Position numbers and translations under genes: made by a program
Part shown: positions 54,939 through 63,861 of the stretch, piece after piece
Layout: the number at the start of each line of letters is the position of its first letter
Numbering within the stretch: the stretch's first letter is position 1
The notes under the pieces: generated by a model
Told to the model about the DNA's origin: nothing
The model's database searches: none
What the model saw: only the letters and a program-made list of their open reading frames with translations
Assembly: GCA_965204675.1 (NCBI GenBank)
Contig: OZ242003.1
Span: forward strand, 4,608,375 to 4,672,374
Direction: 5' to 3'
DNA from: Vicinamibacterales bacterium
GTDB taxonomy: Bacteria > Acidobacteriota > Vicinamibacteria > Vicinamibacterales > UBA8438
Length of the DNA stretch: 64,000 nt

Positions 54939-55454
54939 ATGAGGAAGGTCATCGCCGTGGTCGCGGTGCTCGTTGCGGCAGCCGCCACGCCGGCGGCGCA
55001 GGCGGTCTGGAACGCCGAAGACCTCCGCGGCGGCGGCGCCGAGCTTCGGCTCGGTGACAACGAGGAGGGGGCGGCGATCATTCTCGTGTGCGACCGCTTC
55101 GGCGTCAGCGCCGGGTTCGAGTTTCCCAGTTCCCTGGATCCCGGCGAGAGCGTTTCGATTCGTGGGTTCCCCGGCGGAGAGCGGCAGAACGTAACGGTAG
55201 CCCCCGTCAACGACGGCGTGGTCCGGCTCACGAGCGGCCGCGGGATCGAGGCGCTCCTGCGGCTGCTGCGAGACACCCCCCATCTCCACGTGCGCGCGGG
55301 CGGCGCCCGGGTGTCTTTCGAGGTGTTCGGGAGCGCCCCCGTCGTCCGCGAGTGCCTGCAGCGCCAGGACGATGCGCTAGGCCCCCGGGGGAATTGGCGG
55401 GAGATGCATCGGGTCCGTGTGCAGCCGCGTATGGAGGCGCGCGCGCCTGAATGA
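54939..55454 (+). CDS. Small secreted hypothetical protein
   Basis: Signal peptide MRKVIAVVAVLVAAAATPAAQA. GAGGGGAGGA upstream of the ATG. No motif recognised. Confidence 0.6.
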   Translation: MRKVIAVVAVLVAAAATPAAQAVWNAEDLRGGGAELRLGDNEEGAAIILVCDRFGVSAGFEFPSSLDPGESVSIRGFPGGERQNVTVAPVNDGVVRLTSGRGIEALLRLLRDTPHLHVRAGGARVSFEVFGSAPVVRECLQRQDDALGPRGNWREMHRVRVQPRMEARAPE

Positions 55455-55637
55455 GGGGGCCCCGCGCCGCCTCTCGAGTCGATCGATCGGCCGCCTCCCC
55501 CACCCCTCGGAAACTGGGGCGAGCGGGGTGCGTCGCCGGCGGATTCCGCCACGGGCTGCGCCCCCCCCGGCGATTCGTCGATTCCCGCCGTCTGGTCGGG
55601 GCGGCCGCCGGGCCCGGGCTCGCCGACTTATCGGCAG

Positions 55638-56570
55638 CTACCATCCCCATGCGGCCCAGTCCTGGTCGAGCTCGAGAACCGTGGCGCTCTCGCCGTTCCG
55701 CATCGCCGTCGCCGTCTCGCGGCGGATTCTCTCCGGGTCGGTCCCTGCTGCCGCGAGCACCGCGTTGATCCCGTCTCCCTCGAACCGCTCCGCGAGGTCA
55801 TCCGGCCTGTCGTAGATCCGTGCCTCACGGCCGAGTCCGCTCTCGGTCTCGACGACTGCCGCGCCGTCGCGTGCGAGCAACCGTACGTGTCGGTACACCG
55901 CCGCCATCACTGCGTGTCTGGCATGACAGGCCGGATCGGCCCGCATCGCTTCGTACCGGGGCGGCACTCCGTGGAGCTCGATGGGCCCGTCCTCGGCGAA
56001 CTTCCCGCGCTCCATCTCCCAGCTCACGAGCCGCCAACGGATATCGTCTCCCGCCAATGCGTTGACGGCTATCGCTAGCGCCCGCGGTGCGATGGTTCCG
56101 GCCACCGCCAAGTCGTAGAGGTCCCGGACCGGCGGGTTCAGGGAACGGTTGCTGAACTTGCCGGTCAGGATCTGACTCGACGCCAGGACGGTCACTTCCT
56201 TGCCGTCGACAATCGCTCGTGAATGACCGACTCGCGGTTGCGGATCGGCGGCCAGCATCTCGATCCGCGATTCCTCGAACCGGATCTGACTGAATCGACC
56301 GAACGTGATCTTCCTGGCGCCGGACGCCTCGAGCCGACGGTGAAGTTCCGGCGCGGCTTCGGGGTGCAGAAACCGCGTCTCCGTCCGCGGATGGACGAGC
56401 AGGTCGATGTCGAGACTCTTGCGGTGCCGCCAGCGCGCGGCGAGGATGGTTCCTCCTCCGATCTGCCAGCCGCTCCGGTCCGGCGTGCACGGCGTCACGT
56501 ACACGTCCAGGATTGCGCGGGTCCGGCCCAGGACGGTTCGGGCCGGTTCTGGCAGCGTCAGGTCTTCCAC
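55638..56570 (-). CDS. AbiEii/DUF1814-type nucleotidyltransferase (toxin-like), copy 2
   Basis: MEDLTLPEP N-terminus. Motifs GGGTILAARWRHRKSLDIDLLV and ILTGKFSNRSLNPPVRDLYDLA. Confidence 0.75.
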   Translation of the reverse strand: MEDLTLPEPARTVLGRTRAILDVYVTPCTPDRSGWQIGGGTILAARWRHRKSLDIDLLVHPRTETRFLHPEAAPELHRRLEASGARKITFGRFSQIRFEESRIEMLAADPQPRVGHSRAIVDGKEVTVLASSQILTGKFSNRSLNPPVRDLYDLAVAGTIAPRALAIAVNALAGDDIRWRLVSWEMERGKFAEDGPIELHGVPPRYEAMRADPACHARHAVMAAVYRHVRLLARDGAAVVETESGLGREARIYDRPDDLAERFEGDGINAVLAAAGTDPERIRRETATAMRNGESATVLELDQDWAAWGW

Positions 56571-56589
56571 CTCGCAACCTCCCGCGGTT

Positions 56590-57033
56590 TCATCGTCGCG
56601 CCAGCCGGTTGAAGGCCCTTGCGACCTGCGGGTGGTCGGCCTTCGCCCGGTGGAAGGCAGCGACCAACTCGCGGAGCGTGTATACCTCTTCGGCCCAGGC
56701 CAGGACGACCTGCGCGGGTTCCGCCTCCCGAGCCCACATGCGGATCAGGACTCGCTGGCGCGTCGTCGGCCTCTCGGCGTGGATCGCGTCGTAGAACTCC
56801 GCGCTGGTCGGCCGGACCACCCAGCCGCAGCAACTGCTGCCGATGCGGCTCCGGACCGTGTCGCTTCGCTCCCGGATTGCCGCGGGATCGTGTCCCGGCA
56901 AGTACTCGTCGCGGATTCTGTCGTCGGCGCGGCGATCGCTGAAGGCCTCTGCCGGCGCCAGGACCTCGGGCTCCTCGTCGCGGTGGATCGCCTTCGCCCG
57001 CCGACGCAGCACACGCCACTCGTCCAGTGTCAT
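56590..57033 (-). CDS. Unknown partner protein of AbiEii-like copy 2 (putative antitoxin/regulator)
   Basis: Ends 19 nt upstream of the NTase start. APAEAFSD...CCGWVVRPTSAEFYDAIHAERPTTRQR is homologous to 51813..52478. Start at the ATG at 57033 (MTLDEWRVL), or further upstream (ORF extends to 57150). Confidence 0.6.
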   Translation of the reverse strand: MTLDEWRVLRRRAKAIHRDEEPEVLAPAEAFSDRRADDRIRDEYLPGHDPAAIRERSDTVRSRIGSSCCGWVVRPTSAEFYDAIHAERPTTRQRVLIRMWAREAEPAQVVLAWAEEVYTLRELVAAFHRAKADHPQVARAFNRLARR

Positions 57034-57280
57034 CGCAGCCCCGATCGCCGAGCCCGCCCGCGGCCGGCGAGACGGAATCACCGGACCGGGCGCCGACGAT
57101 CGCCTCGGCCCGCAGGTGCCCCGGGCCGCCGTCAGGACCCCCACCGGCACCCAACCGCCACCGAGTAGCCTACCGCAGCGGCGCGGGCGACGACACGTTG
57201 ATTCCGACTCATCGGTCCACTACGATAGGGACTACGCACCCGCATCGCCGTCACATCGCCACGCGAGGGAGGCCGTCCTG

Positions 57281-58711
57281 ATGCCTGCATCGAGCTTCCG
57301 GGGACGTTGTTTCGCGGCCGGTCTGACCGCCGCCGCCATCGCCATGATCGCGGCGCCGGCCGCGGCCCAGTCCGGCAACGCGGCGGACGCCGTCACCTAC
57401 CACCGGGACATCGCGCCCATCCTCGAGCGGAGCTGCCAGAACTGCCACCGCCCCGAGTCGGTGGCGCCGATGTCGCTGCTGACCTACGAGGACGTGCGGC
57501 CGTGGGCGCGATCCATCAAGTACCGCACCGGGCGGGTCGGCAAGCCGGACGTGATGCCGCCGTGGTACATCGAGAAGGACGTCGGCATCCAGGACTACAA
57601 GGGCGACATCTCGCTGAGCGCCGAGGAGATCGCGCTCATCGGAGCGTGGGTCGACGACGGCGCCCCGCGCGGCGAGCCGGTCGACCGGCCGGCCGTGACC
57701 CGCGTCGTCGACGCGTCGGGCTGGCAGATCGGCGAGCCGGACCTCATCGTCAAGTCGCCGGAGATGGAGGTCCCCGCGACGGCGCCCGACTGGTGGGGGC
57801 CGATCGGCGAGACCGAGACCGGCCTGGCCGAGGACCGCTACGTCTCGGCCATCGAGATGCGCGAGGCGAGCACCTGGGAGGGGCCGGCCGAGCGCGACAC
57901 CATCGGCGGGCTCTACGTCATCCACCATCTCGTCATGCTGCCGGTCGGTCCCGACGGGCGACCGGTGGCGGAGGCCGGCTTCTGGCCGGTGCACGAGGTG
58001 GGACGCAACCCCGACGTCTTCCACCCCGACGCCGGCAAGCTGCTGAAGGCGGGCTCGAAGATCCTCTTCCCGTCCGCCCACCTGCACTCGAACGGGCGCC
58101 ACACCCGCGCCCAGCTCGAGATCGGGTTCAAGTTCCACCCCGAGGGCTACGAGCCGTCGCGGACGGTGCAGATCATCGGCCCCGCCACCGTCGAGCTCGA
58201 CATCCGGCCGATGGAGGCCGACCAGGAGTTCGAGGCGTTCAGCACCCTGATGGAGCACACCAAGATGATGGTGTACGAGCCGCACATGCACGCGGCGGGG
58301 GTGCGGATGTGCCTGGACGCCATCTGGCAGAACAACGTCGAGACCCTGAGCTGCGCCGGCTACAACCACAACTGGGTGCGGGTGTACACCTTCGAGGACG
58401 ACGCGGCGCCGCTGCTGCCGCGCGGCACCATCCTGCGCATCAGGGGCTACTTCGACAACACCCCGAGCAACCCCAACGTCTCCGACCCGCGGAACTGGTC
58501 GGGGCTGGGCCACCGCTCGATCGACAACATGATGATCAACATCGGGCAGGCGGTGTCGCTGACCGACCAGGAGTTCGCCGACGAGATGGCGGCGCGCCGC
58601 GAGCGTCTGGGCCTCGCGCCGGGCGAGACGGTCATCGGCTGCCCGCTGTGCGGCTACCCCGACCCGTCCGAGCTGGTGCCGGCCGCGGCCGACAACGCCG
58701 GGGGCCAGTAG
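57281..58711 (+). CDS. Secreted haem c (PSCyt-like) module fused to a copper type II monooxygenase (PHM/DBH)-like domain
   Basis: ATG at 57281 after GAGGGAGG, followed by a signal peptide. DIAPILERSCQNCHRP (CxxCH). Candidate Cu ligands VIHHLV, SAHLHS, EPHMHAAG and SIDNMMIN occur in PHM-like order. Confidence 0.65.
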   Translation: MPASSFRGRCFAAGLTAAAIAMIAAPAAAQSGNAADAVTYHRDIAPILERSCQNCHRPESVAPMSLLTYEDVRPWARSIKYRTGRVGKPDVMPPWYIEKDVGIQDYKGDISLSAEEIALIGAWVDDGAPRGEPVDRPAVTRVVDASGWQIGEPDLIVKSPEMEVPATAPDWWGPIGETETGLAEDRYVSAIEMREASTWEGPAERDTIGGLYVIHHLVMLPVGPDGRPVAEAGFWPVHEVGRNPDVFHPDAGKLLKAGSKILFPSAHLHSNGRHTRAQLEIGFKFHPEGYEPSRTVQIIGPATVELDIRPMEADQEFEAFSTLMEHTKMMVYEPHMHAAGVRMCLDAIWQNNVETLSCAGYNHNWVRVYTFEDDAAPLLPRGTILRIRGYFDNTPSNPNVSDPRNWSGLGHRSIDNMMINIGQAVSLTDQEFADEMAARRERLGLAPGETVIGCPLCGYPDPSELVPAAADNAGGQ

Positions 58712-58713
58712 CG

Positions 58714-59739
58714 ATGGCGAGGATGACGCGGACGCCGGAGCCGCCTGGTCGGGGTAGCGACCGAGGCGAAGGGGCGCGCCGTGCGGCGATGGTGGGCATG
58801 ACGCGGACGCCGGAGCCGCGAGGGGCGGGAGCGGTAGCGGGCGTCGCCGCCCTGCTGGCCGCGGCCATCGTCGCCGCGCCCCTCGCGGTCCAGGCCCAGG
58901 ACCAGACCGAGGCCGAGGACCGGCCGGGGCGCGAGCTGAGCATCGCCCCCGCCTACGAAGGCTGGGAGCGGAACGACGACGGGTCGTTCAACTTGGTGTT
59001 CGGCTACATGAACCGGAGCTGGGACCCGGCCGAGGTCCCCATCGGCCTCGACAACCGGATCGAGCCGGGTAGCCCGGACCGCGGCCAGCCGACGCGCTTC
59101 CAGCCGCGGCGGAACCGGCACGTCTTCCGCGTCCGCGTGCCCGCCGACTTCGGCGATAGCGAGCTGGTGTGGACGCTCACGAGCCGCGGCGAGACCGAGC
59201 GCGCCTATGCGACGCTGCATCCCGACTACTTCCTCGACGACATCGCGATCATGAACAACAACGGCGCCGGCGGACCGGCCGGCGGCGCCTACAACATTTT
59301 CGGCAACCAGCGGCCGGAGCTGGAGGTCGACGGCCTGCCCCTGCGCCGCACCACCGTCGGCGAGCCCGTGGTCCTGCGGGCGCACGCCACCGACGACGGC
59401 GTGCCGAGGACGCGGAACATGCCGGCCCCCCGCATCGGCACCACCCGCATCGGGGCGGGCACCCCGAACAGCGCGAGCGGCCTGCGCGTCGCCTGGATCG
59501 TCTACCGCGGCCCGGGCGCGGTCACGTTCGACCCGCCGCAGTTCAAGGTCTGGGAGGACTACCGCGCCGGCGCCGACTCGCCGTGGGCGCCGGGCTGGAA
59601 GACGCCGGAGCCGCCCGAGGACGGGACGTGGGTGGTCGAGGCGACCTTCCACCGGCCGGGCCGCTACGTGATCCGCAGCCTCGCCCACGACGGCGGCCTC
59701 GCGACCCACCAGGACGTGACCGTCAACGTCGGCCCCTGA
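58714..59739 (+). CDS. Secreted hypothetical protein, translationally coupled to 57281..58711
   Basis: ATG lies 2 nt after the upstream TAG. Alternative in-frame starts at 58789 and 58798 lie just before the hydrophobic signal AVAGVAALLAAAIVAAPLAVQA. No motif recognised. Confidence 0.65.
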   Translation: MARMTRTPEPPGRGSDRGEGARRAAMVGMTRTPEPRGAGAVAGVAALLAAAIVAAPLAVQAQDQTEAEDRPGRELSIAPAYEGWERNDDGSFNLVFGYMNRSWDPAEVPIGLDNRIEPGSPDRGQPTRFQPRRNRHVFRVRVPADFGDSELVWTLTSRGETERAYATLHPDYFLDDIAIMNNNGAGGPAGGAYNIFGNQRPELEVDGLPLRRTTVGEPVVLRAHATDDGVPRTRNMPAPRIGTTRIGAGTPNSASGLRVAWIVYRGPGAVTFDPPQFKVWEDYRAGADSPWAPGWKTPEPPEDGTWVVEATFHRPGRYVIRSLAHDGGLATHQDVTVNVGP

Positions 59740-59743
59740 TCCG

Positions 59744-59790
59744 GGCGCGGGTCCGGCGTCGCACGCGGCTGCGATCGCCGGACCCGCGCC
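59744..59790. terminator. Strong GC hairpin between convergent genes (bidirectional terminator candidate)
   Basis: GGCGCGGGTCCGGCG (59744..59758) pairs perfectly with CGCCGGACCCGCGCC (59776..59790). The loop can extend the stem (TCGCA/TGCGA). There is no U-tract. Confidence 0.55.
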
Positions 59791-59819
59791 GTGCTCCCCG
59801 GCGCATTCGGGGAACCGGG

Positions 59820-61913
59820 CTACTCCCGCCCCACCTGCCAGAGCAGAAAGCTCACCGTGTCGACCATCTCGTCGACCTGCTGGCTCACCGGCTGGCCGCC
59901 GGAGTGGCCCGCCGCCGTGTGGTAACGCAGCAGGATCGGGTCGTCCGAGCCGTTCCTCGCCTGCATCAGGGCCGTCATCTTGCGGGCGTGCAGCGGCGCG
60001 ACCCGGGTGTCGCCGTCGCCCGACAGGTACAGCGTCGCCGGGTAGTCGCCGCCGTCGACGACGTTGTGGTACGGCGAGTACGCGTGGATGTAGGCGAACT
60101 GCTCGGGGTCGTCGCTCGACCCGTACTCGGGCACCCAGAAGCTGGCGACGAGGAACTGGTGATAGCGGACCATGTCGAGGAGCGGATAGGTGCAGACCAC
60201 CGCCCCGAAGAGGTCGGGCCGCTGGTTCGACACCGCGCCGACGAGGAGGCCGCCGTTGCTGCCGCCGCGGATGGCGAGGTGCTCGGGGCTGGTGTAGCCC
60301 TCCGCGACGAGGTGCTCGGCCGCGGCGATGAAGTCGTCGAACACGTTCTGCTTGCTCTCGAGCATGCCCGCGCGGTGCCACGCCTCGCCGAACTCGCTGC
60401 CCCCGCGCAGGTTCGCGAGGGCGAAGACGCCGCCCGACTCGAGCCACGTCGTCGCGAGGGCCGAGAACGCCGGCGTCATGGCGTTGTTGAAGCCCCCGTA
60501 GCCGGTGAGCAGGGTCGGGTTGGTCCCGTCGAGGGCGACATCGGGCGGGTGGACGACGAACATCGGCACCTCGGTGCCGTCCTTCGACGCGAACCGGCGC
60601 TGCGTGACGGTGTAGGCGGCGGGGTCGACGGGCAGCTCGGGCTCGGCCCACACGGACTGCTCGCCGGTCGCGACGTCGTAGCGGTAGATGGTGCTCGGCA
60701 CGTGGAAGGTCTGGAACGTGAAGAAGGCCTCGTCGCTGGTCCAGCGGCCCGCCCCGCCGCCGACCGAGCCGAGGGTGTCGAACGCGATGTCGCGGACGTG
60801 GGTCCCGTCGAGCTCGTGGACGGCGACGCGCGGCTGCACGTCCTGCAGGTACGACACCGCCAGCTTCCCGCCGAGGGCGGCGGCCCCCTCGATGACGACG
60901 TCGTCGCGCTCGGGGACGACGTCGCGCCAGCCCTCGAACCCGGGGTCCGCGGGGTCGGCCAGCACCACGCGCCGGTTCGGCGCGTCGAGGTTGGTGACGA
61001 TGACCAACTCGTCGCCGGCGAACGAGGCCCACGACTCGGAGACGCCGTCGGCGATGGCGGTCACGAACGGCGTGTCGCGCTCGAGGTCCTTGACGTGTAT
61101 CGAGGTCGGCCCCGACGAGCCCTCGATGACGTGCACGACCATCCAGCGCCCGTCGTCCGACACCACGGTGGAGGGAATCTGGTAGCGCTCGTACCCCTCG
61201 CCGAAGAGCTGCCGATCATCGGCCAGGGGCGTCCCGAACGCGTGGTACATCACCCGCGGCGTCACGTTGCCGTACCGCTCGTAGTAGAGCCCGCCGCCGT
61301 CCGGGGCCAGGGTCACCGCGCCGTAGCGGGCCGGCGGCAGCACGTCGGCGAGGTCCTCGCCGGTGTCGACGTCGCGGACGCGAATCTCGACCTCGTCGAC
61401 GCCCCCTTCGCGGACCCCGTAGACGACCCGCGCGCCGTCGTCCGAGATGTCGCGCAGGGCCACGCTGGTGGTGTGGTCGGGGCTCATCGGGTGGGGGTCG
61501 ATCAGCACCCGGTCTCCGCCTTCGAGCCCGTCGCGCACGTACACCACCGACAGATCCTGGTCGGCGCGCCGCTTGCTGTAGAAGTAGCGCCCCCCGCGCT
61601 CGTTCGGCAGGCCGATCGTGTCACGCTCCAGCACCGACGCGGCCGCCGCGCGCAGCTCCTCGCGACCGGGCAGCGTGTTCAGCACGGTATCGGTGTAGGC
61701 GTTCTGCGCGTCGATCCAGGCGCGCGTCTCCGGCGCCTCCTGGTCCTCGAGCCAGCGATAGGGATCGGGCACCTCGACGCCGTGCAGCGTGTCGACGACC
61801 TCCCGGACCTCGGTTGGCGGTGGCGGCGGCACGTCGATTCCCGAGTCTCCACCGCAGCCGGCCATCAACGTCATACCGGCGACGATTCCCGCAGCGCGTC
61901 GCGATCCGGCCAT
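59820..61913 (-). CDS. Prolyl oligopeptidase (S9A) family serine peptidase, lipoprotein
   Basis: ATG at 61913 ([20 protein letters not shown] lipobox). Catalytic Ser motif [14 protein letters not shown]-terminal propeller plus C-terminal alpha/beta-hydrolase pattern. Confidence 0.85.
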   Translation of the reverse strand: MAGSRRAAGIVAGMTLMAGCGGDSGIDVPPPPPTEVREVVDTLHGVEVPDPYRWLEDQEAPETRAWIDAQNAYTDTVLNTLPGREELRAAAASVLERDTIGLPNERGGRYFYSKRRADQDLSVVYVRDGLEGGDRVLIDPHPMSPDHTTSVALRDISDDGARVVYGVREGGVDEVEIRVRDVDTGEDLADVLPPARYGAVTLAPDGGGLYYERYGNVTPRVMYHAFGTPLADDRQLFGEGYERYQIPSTVVSDDGRWMVVHVIEGSSGPTSIHVKDLERDTPFVTAIADGVSESWASFAGDELVIVTNLDAPNRRVVLADPADPGFEGWRDVVPERDDVVIEGAAALGGKLAVSYLQDVQPRVAVHELDGTHVRDIAFDTLGSVGGGAGRWTSDEAFFTFQTFHVPSTIYRYDVATGEQSVWAEPELPVDPAAYTVTQRRFASKDGTEVPMFVVHPPDVALDGTNPTLLTGYGGFNNAMTPAFSALATTWLESGGVFALANLRGGSEFGEAWHRAGMLESKQNVFDDFIAAAEHLVAEGYTSPEHLAIRGGSNGGLLVGAVSNQRPDLFGAVVCTYPLLDMVRYHQFLVASFWVPEYGSSDDPEQFAYIHAYSPYHNVVDGGDYPATLYLSGDGDTRVAPLHARKMTALMQARNGSDDPILLRYHTAAGHSGGQPVSQQVDEMVDTVSFLLWQVGRE

Positions 61914-61968
61914 GCTCTCCTCCCCAACACTTGAACGTTCAGCGTGCGCGCTTCGGCGGATCCGGAAC

Positions 61969-63861
61969 TCAATCCGCCTCCAGCAGGTAGTGATACTCCA
62001 GCGCCGCACCGAGGGCCATGGCCCCGCCGCGATCGTCGGCCCCGTTGACGGCGGGGCGATCTAGATAGTACCGCCGTGTCGGACCCGCCCCGGTGCCGAT
62101 GCAGACGTCGACCAGGGTGCCGTCCTCCAGCACGTGGGCGAGCAGCGCTCGCCACGCCCCCTCGACGACCGGCCGGTACGACTCGTCGAGCCACCCGAGG
62201 CGGAGGCCCCGGGCCATCGCGGTCAGGGCCATGGCGGTGACGCTGGTCTCGCGGTAGCTGCCGGGCTCGTCGACGACCTGCCGCCACATGCCGTCCGGGG
62301 CCTGGTGGGGGCGCATGGCGGCGAGGTGCCGGCGATGGATGTCGAGCACCGCCCCCCGCTCCGGATGGTCGGCGGGCAGGACCGTCAGGAGCTCGGAGAG
62401 GCCGAGGGCGCCGAACCCGTTGCCGCGGCCCCAGGCGGCGGGAGCGCCGGCGTCGTGGTGGAACAGGCCGTCCGGCTGCTGCAGGCGCGCCGCGTAGGTG
62501 GTGACGAGGCGGACGGCGGCGGCGAGGCCGTCTGGGTCGCCGGCACGGACCGCGGCGATGGTGCCGAGGAAGAAGTCGTCGCTCCACCCTGACCCGTGGC
62601 GGGGGACGCCCGGCGCGTCCTCCGCCCGCGCCAGGGCCACCCCCTCGGCCGCGAGCCGGGCCGCCGCGTCGCGGTCGCCACCCGGCGACTGCGCCAGCTC
62701 GCTGAAGATCATCGTTCCCGCCACCGCCGCGAAGCTGATGCGGTCGCCGAGCAGCGGCCGTTCGCCGGAAAGCCACGGGCGGACCTCGTCCAGGACCTTG
62801 CCGCGCAGCGACTCGTCGCCGTCGAGCTCGGCCAGCCGCAACGCGTGGACCCAGGCGAGGGCGGGAATGTAGCTGATGCTCGGGGTGCCGGGATAGCGCC
62901 CGGCGAGCAGGCGCGCCACCGCCAGCGGGTCGCGCCCGATCCGGCGGGCGAGGGCGCCGCGCAGGGGTGAAGGCCGGTCCGACGCGCGAGCCAGCACCTC
63001 GCGCATCACTGCCGCCCCGTCGGACGCGCCGGCCGTGGCGAGCATCGTGTCGACGGGACCCAGGCCCGGCGTGTTCGCCGGGTCCGCCATCGCCGCGGCC
63101 AGAGAACCGGCCGGCATCTCGTCGCCGGCGCGCCCGCCGCTCTCGCCGGCGGCGCGCGAGCGGACGTCGAACCCGTCGCCGGCGCGCACCTCCACCACCA
63201 GGTCGGGGGCCTGGTAGGCGACCCAGCGCCAGACGTAGCGGCTCTCGGGCCGGTCGGGGTCGTCGAAGAACCCGCCGGCCGGGGGGAACCCGCCGGGCCG
63301 GGCCGGCCCGTCCGGCGACGGATGGGCCATCGGCAACGCGCTCACGGCCCACCGCGAGCGCTCCTCCTCGGGGGCCTCGGTCTTGAACCACCGCACCGCG
63401 TCGAGCACGATGCGCGCCGCCGCGTCGGCGTCGCCGTCGAGCCCGCCGACCAACACCAGGCGACGCTCGGGCCGCGACGGGTCGAAGGGCGACGGGCTCT
63501 CGAGGGTGAGCAGCGGCATCTCGTCGCGCGTGACGCCGGCCGCACTCACGATGCGCGGCTCGCCCGGAAGCGCCGCCACGGCGTCGAGCGCCGCCCGCGG
63601 ATCCGCCGTTTCGTCCGACCGCGGCTGGAATGATGCCCTCGTCGCGCTGCTCCAGGCACGACCTGCCGAGGCGGCGGTCCTGCCCTCCGCCCGCGGCCGG
63701 GCCGCCCCCGACGCGGCGGTCGCCAAGGCCGCCTCGCCATCCCCGGCGCAACACCCGGTCGCCCCAGCGGTTCCCGGTCCCAGCGTCGACACCGCCACGA
63801 CGACGGACGCAACCACCGCCCACCGCACCCCACCGGTCGTCCGCGGCACCACCACCATCAT
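61969..63861 (-). CDS. Two-domain exported protein with a C-terminal GH88/GH105-like (unsaturated glucuronyl/rhamnogalacturonyl hydrolase) domain
   Basis: C-terminal alpha/alpha-barrel-like motifs (GWSDDFFLG, WGRGNGFGALGL, MWRQVVDEPGSYRETS). The start is ambiguous because of the 62-bp tandem repeat; I use the ATG ATG at 63861. Confidence 0.5.
   Translation of the reverse strand: MMVVVPRTTGGVRWAVVASVVVAVSTLGPGTAGATGCCAGDGEAALATAASGAARPRAEGRTAASAGRAWSSATRASFQPRSDETADPRAALDAVAALPGEPRIVSAAGVTRDEMPLLTLESPSPFDPSRPERRLVLVGGLDGDADAAARIVLDAVRWFKTEAPEEERSRWAVSALPMAHPSPDGPARPGGFPPAGGFFDDPDRPESRYVWRWVAYQAPDLVVEVRAGDGFDVRSRAAGESGGRAGDEMPAGSLAAAMADPANTPGLGPVDTMLATAGASDGAAVMREVLARASDRPSPLRGALARRIGRDPLAVARLLAGRYPGTPSISYIPALAWVHALRLAELDGDESLRGKVLDEVRPWLSGERPLLGDRISFAAVAGTMIFSELAQSPGGDRDAAARLAAEGVALARAEDAPGVPRHGSGWSDDFFLGTIAAVRAGDPDGLAAAVRLVTTYAARLQQPDGLFHHDAGAPAAWGRGNGFGALGLSELLTVLPADHPERGAVLDIHRRHLAAMRPHQAPDGMWRQVVDEPGSYRETSVTAMALTAMARGLRLGWLDESYRPVVEGAWRALLAHVLEDGTLVDVCIGTGAGPTRRYYLDRPAVNGADDRGGAMALGAALEYHYLLEAD

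Noticed and set aside
54881-55568. Poly-C tracts (C9 at 54881..54889, C8 at 55561..55568) flanking the small secreted-protein gene, as phase-variation switches
   Set aside because: Homopolymers of 7-8 G/C also occur inside ordinary coding regions here (e.g. 14001..14008 in gcdB, and about 19821 and 2851). The tracts are therefore not clearly exceptional for this composition.
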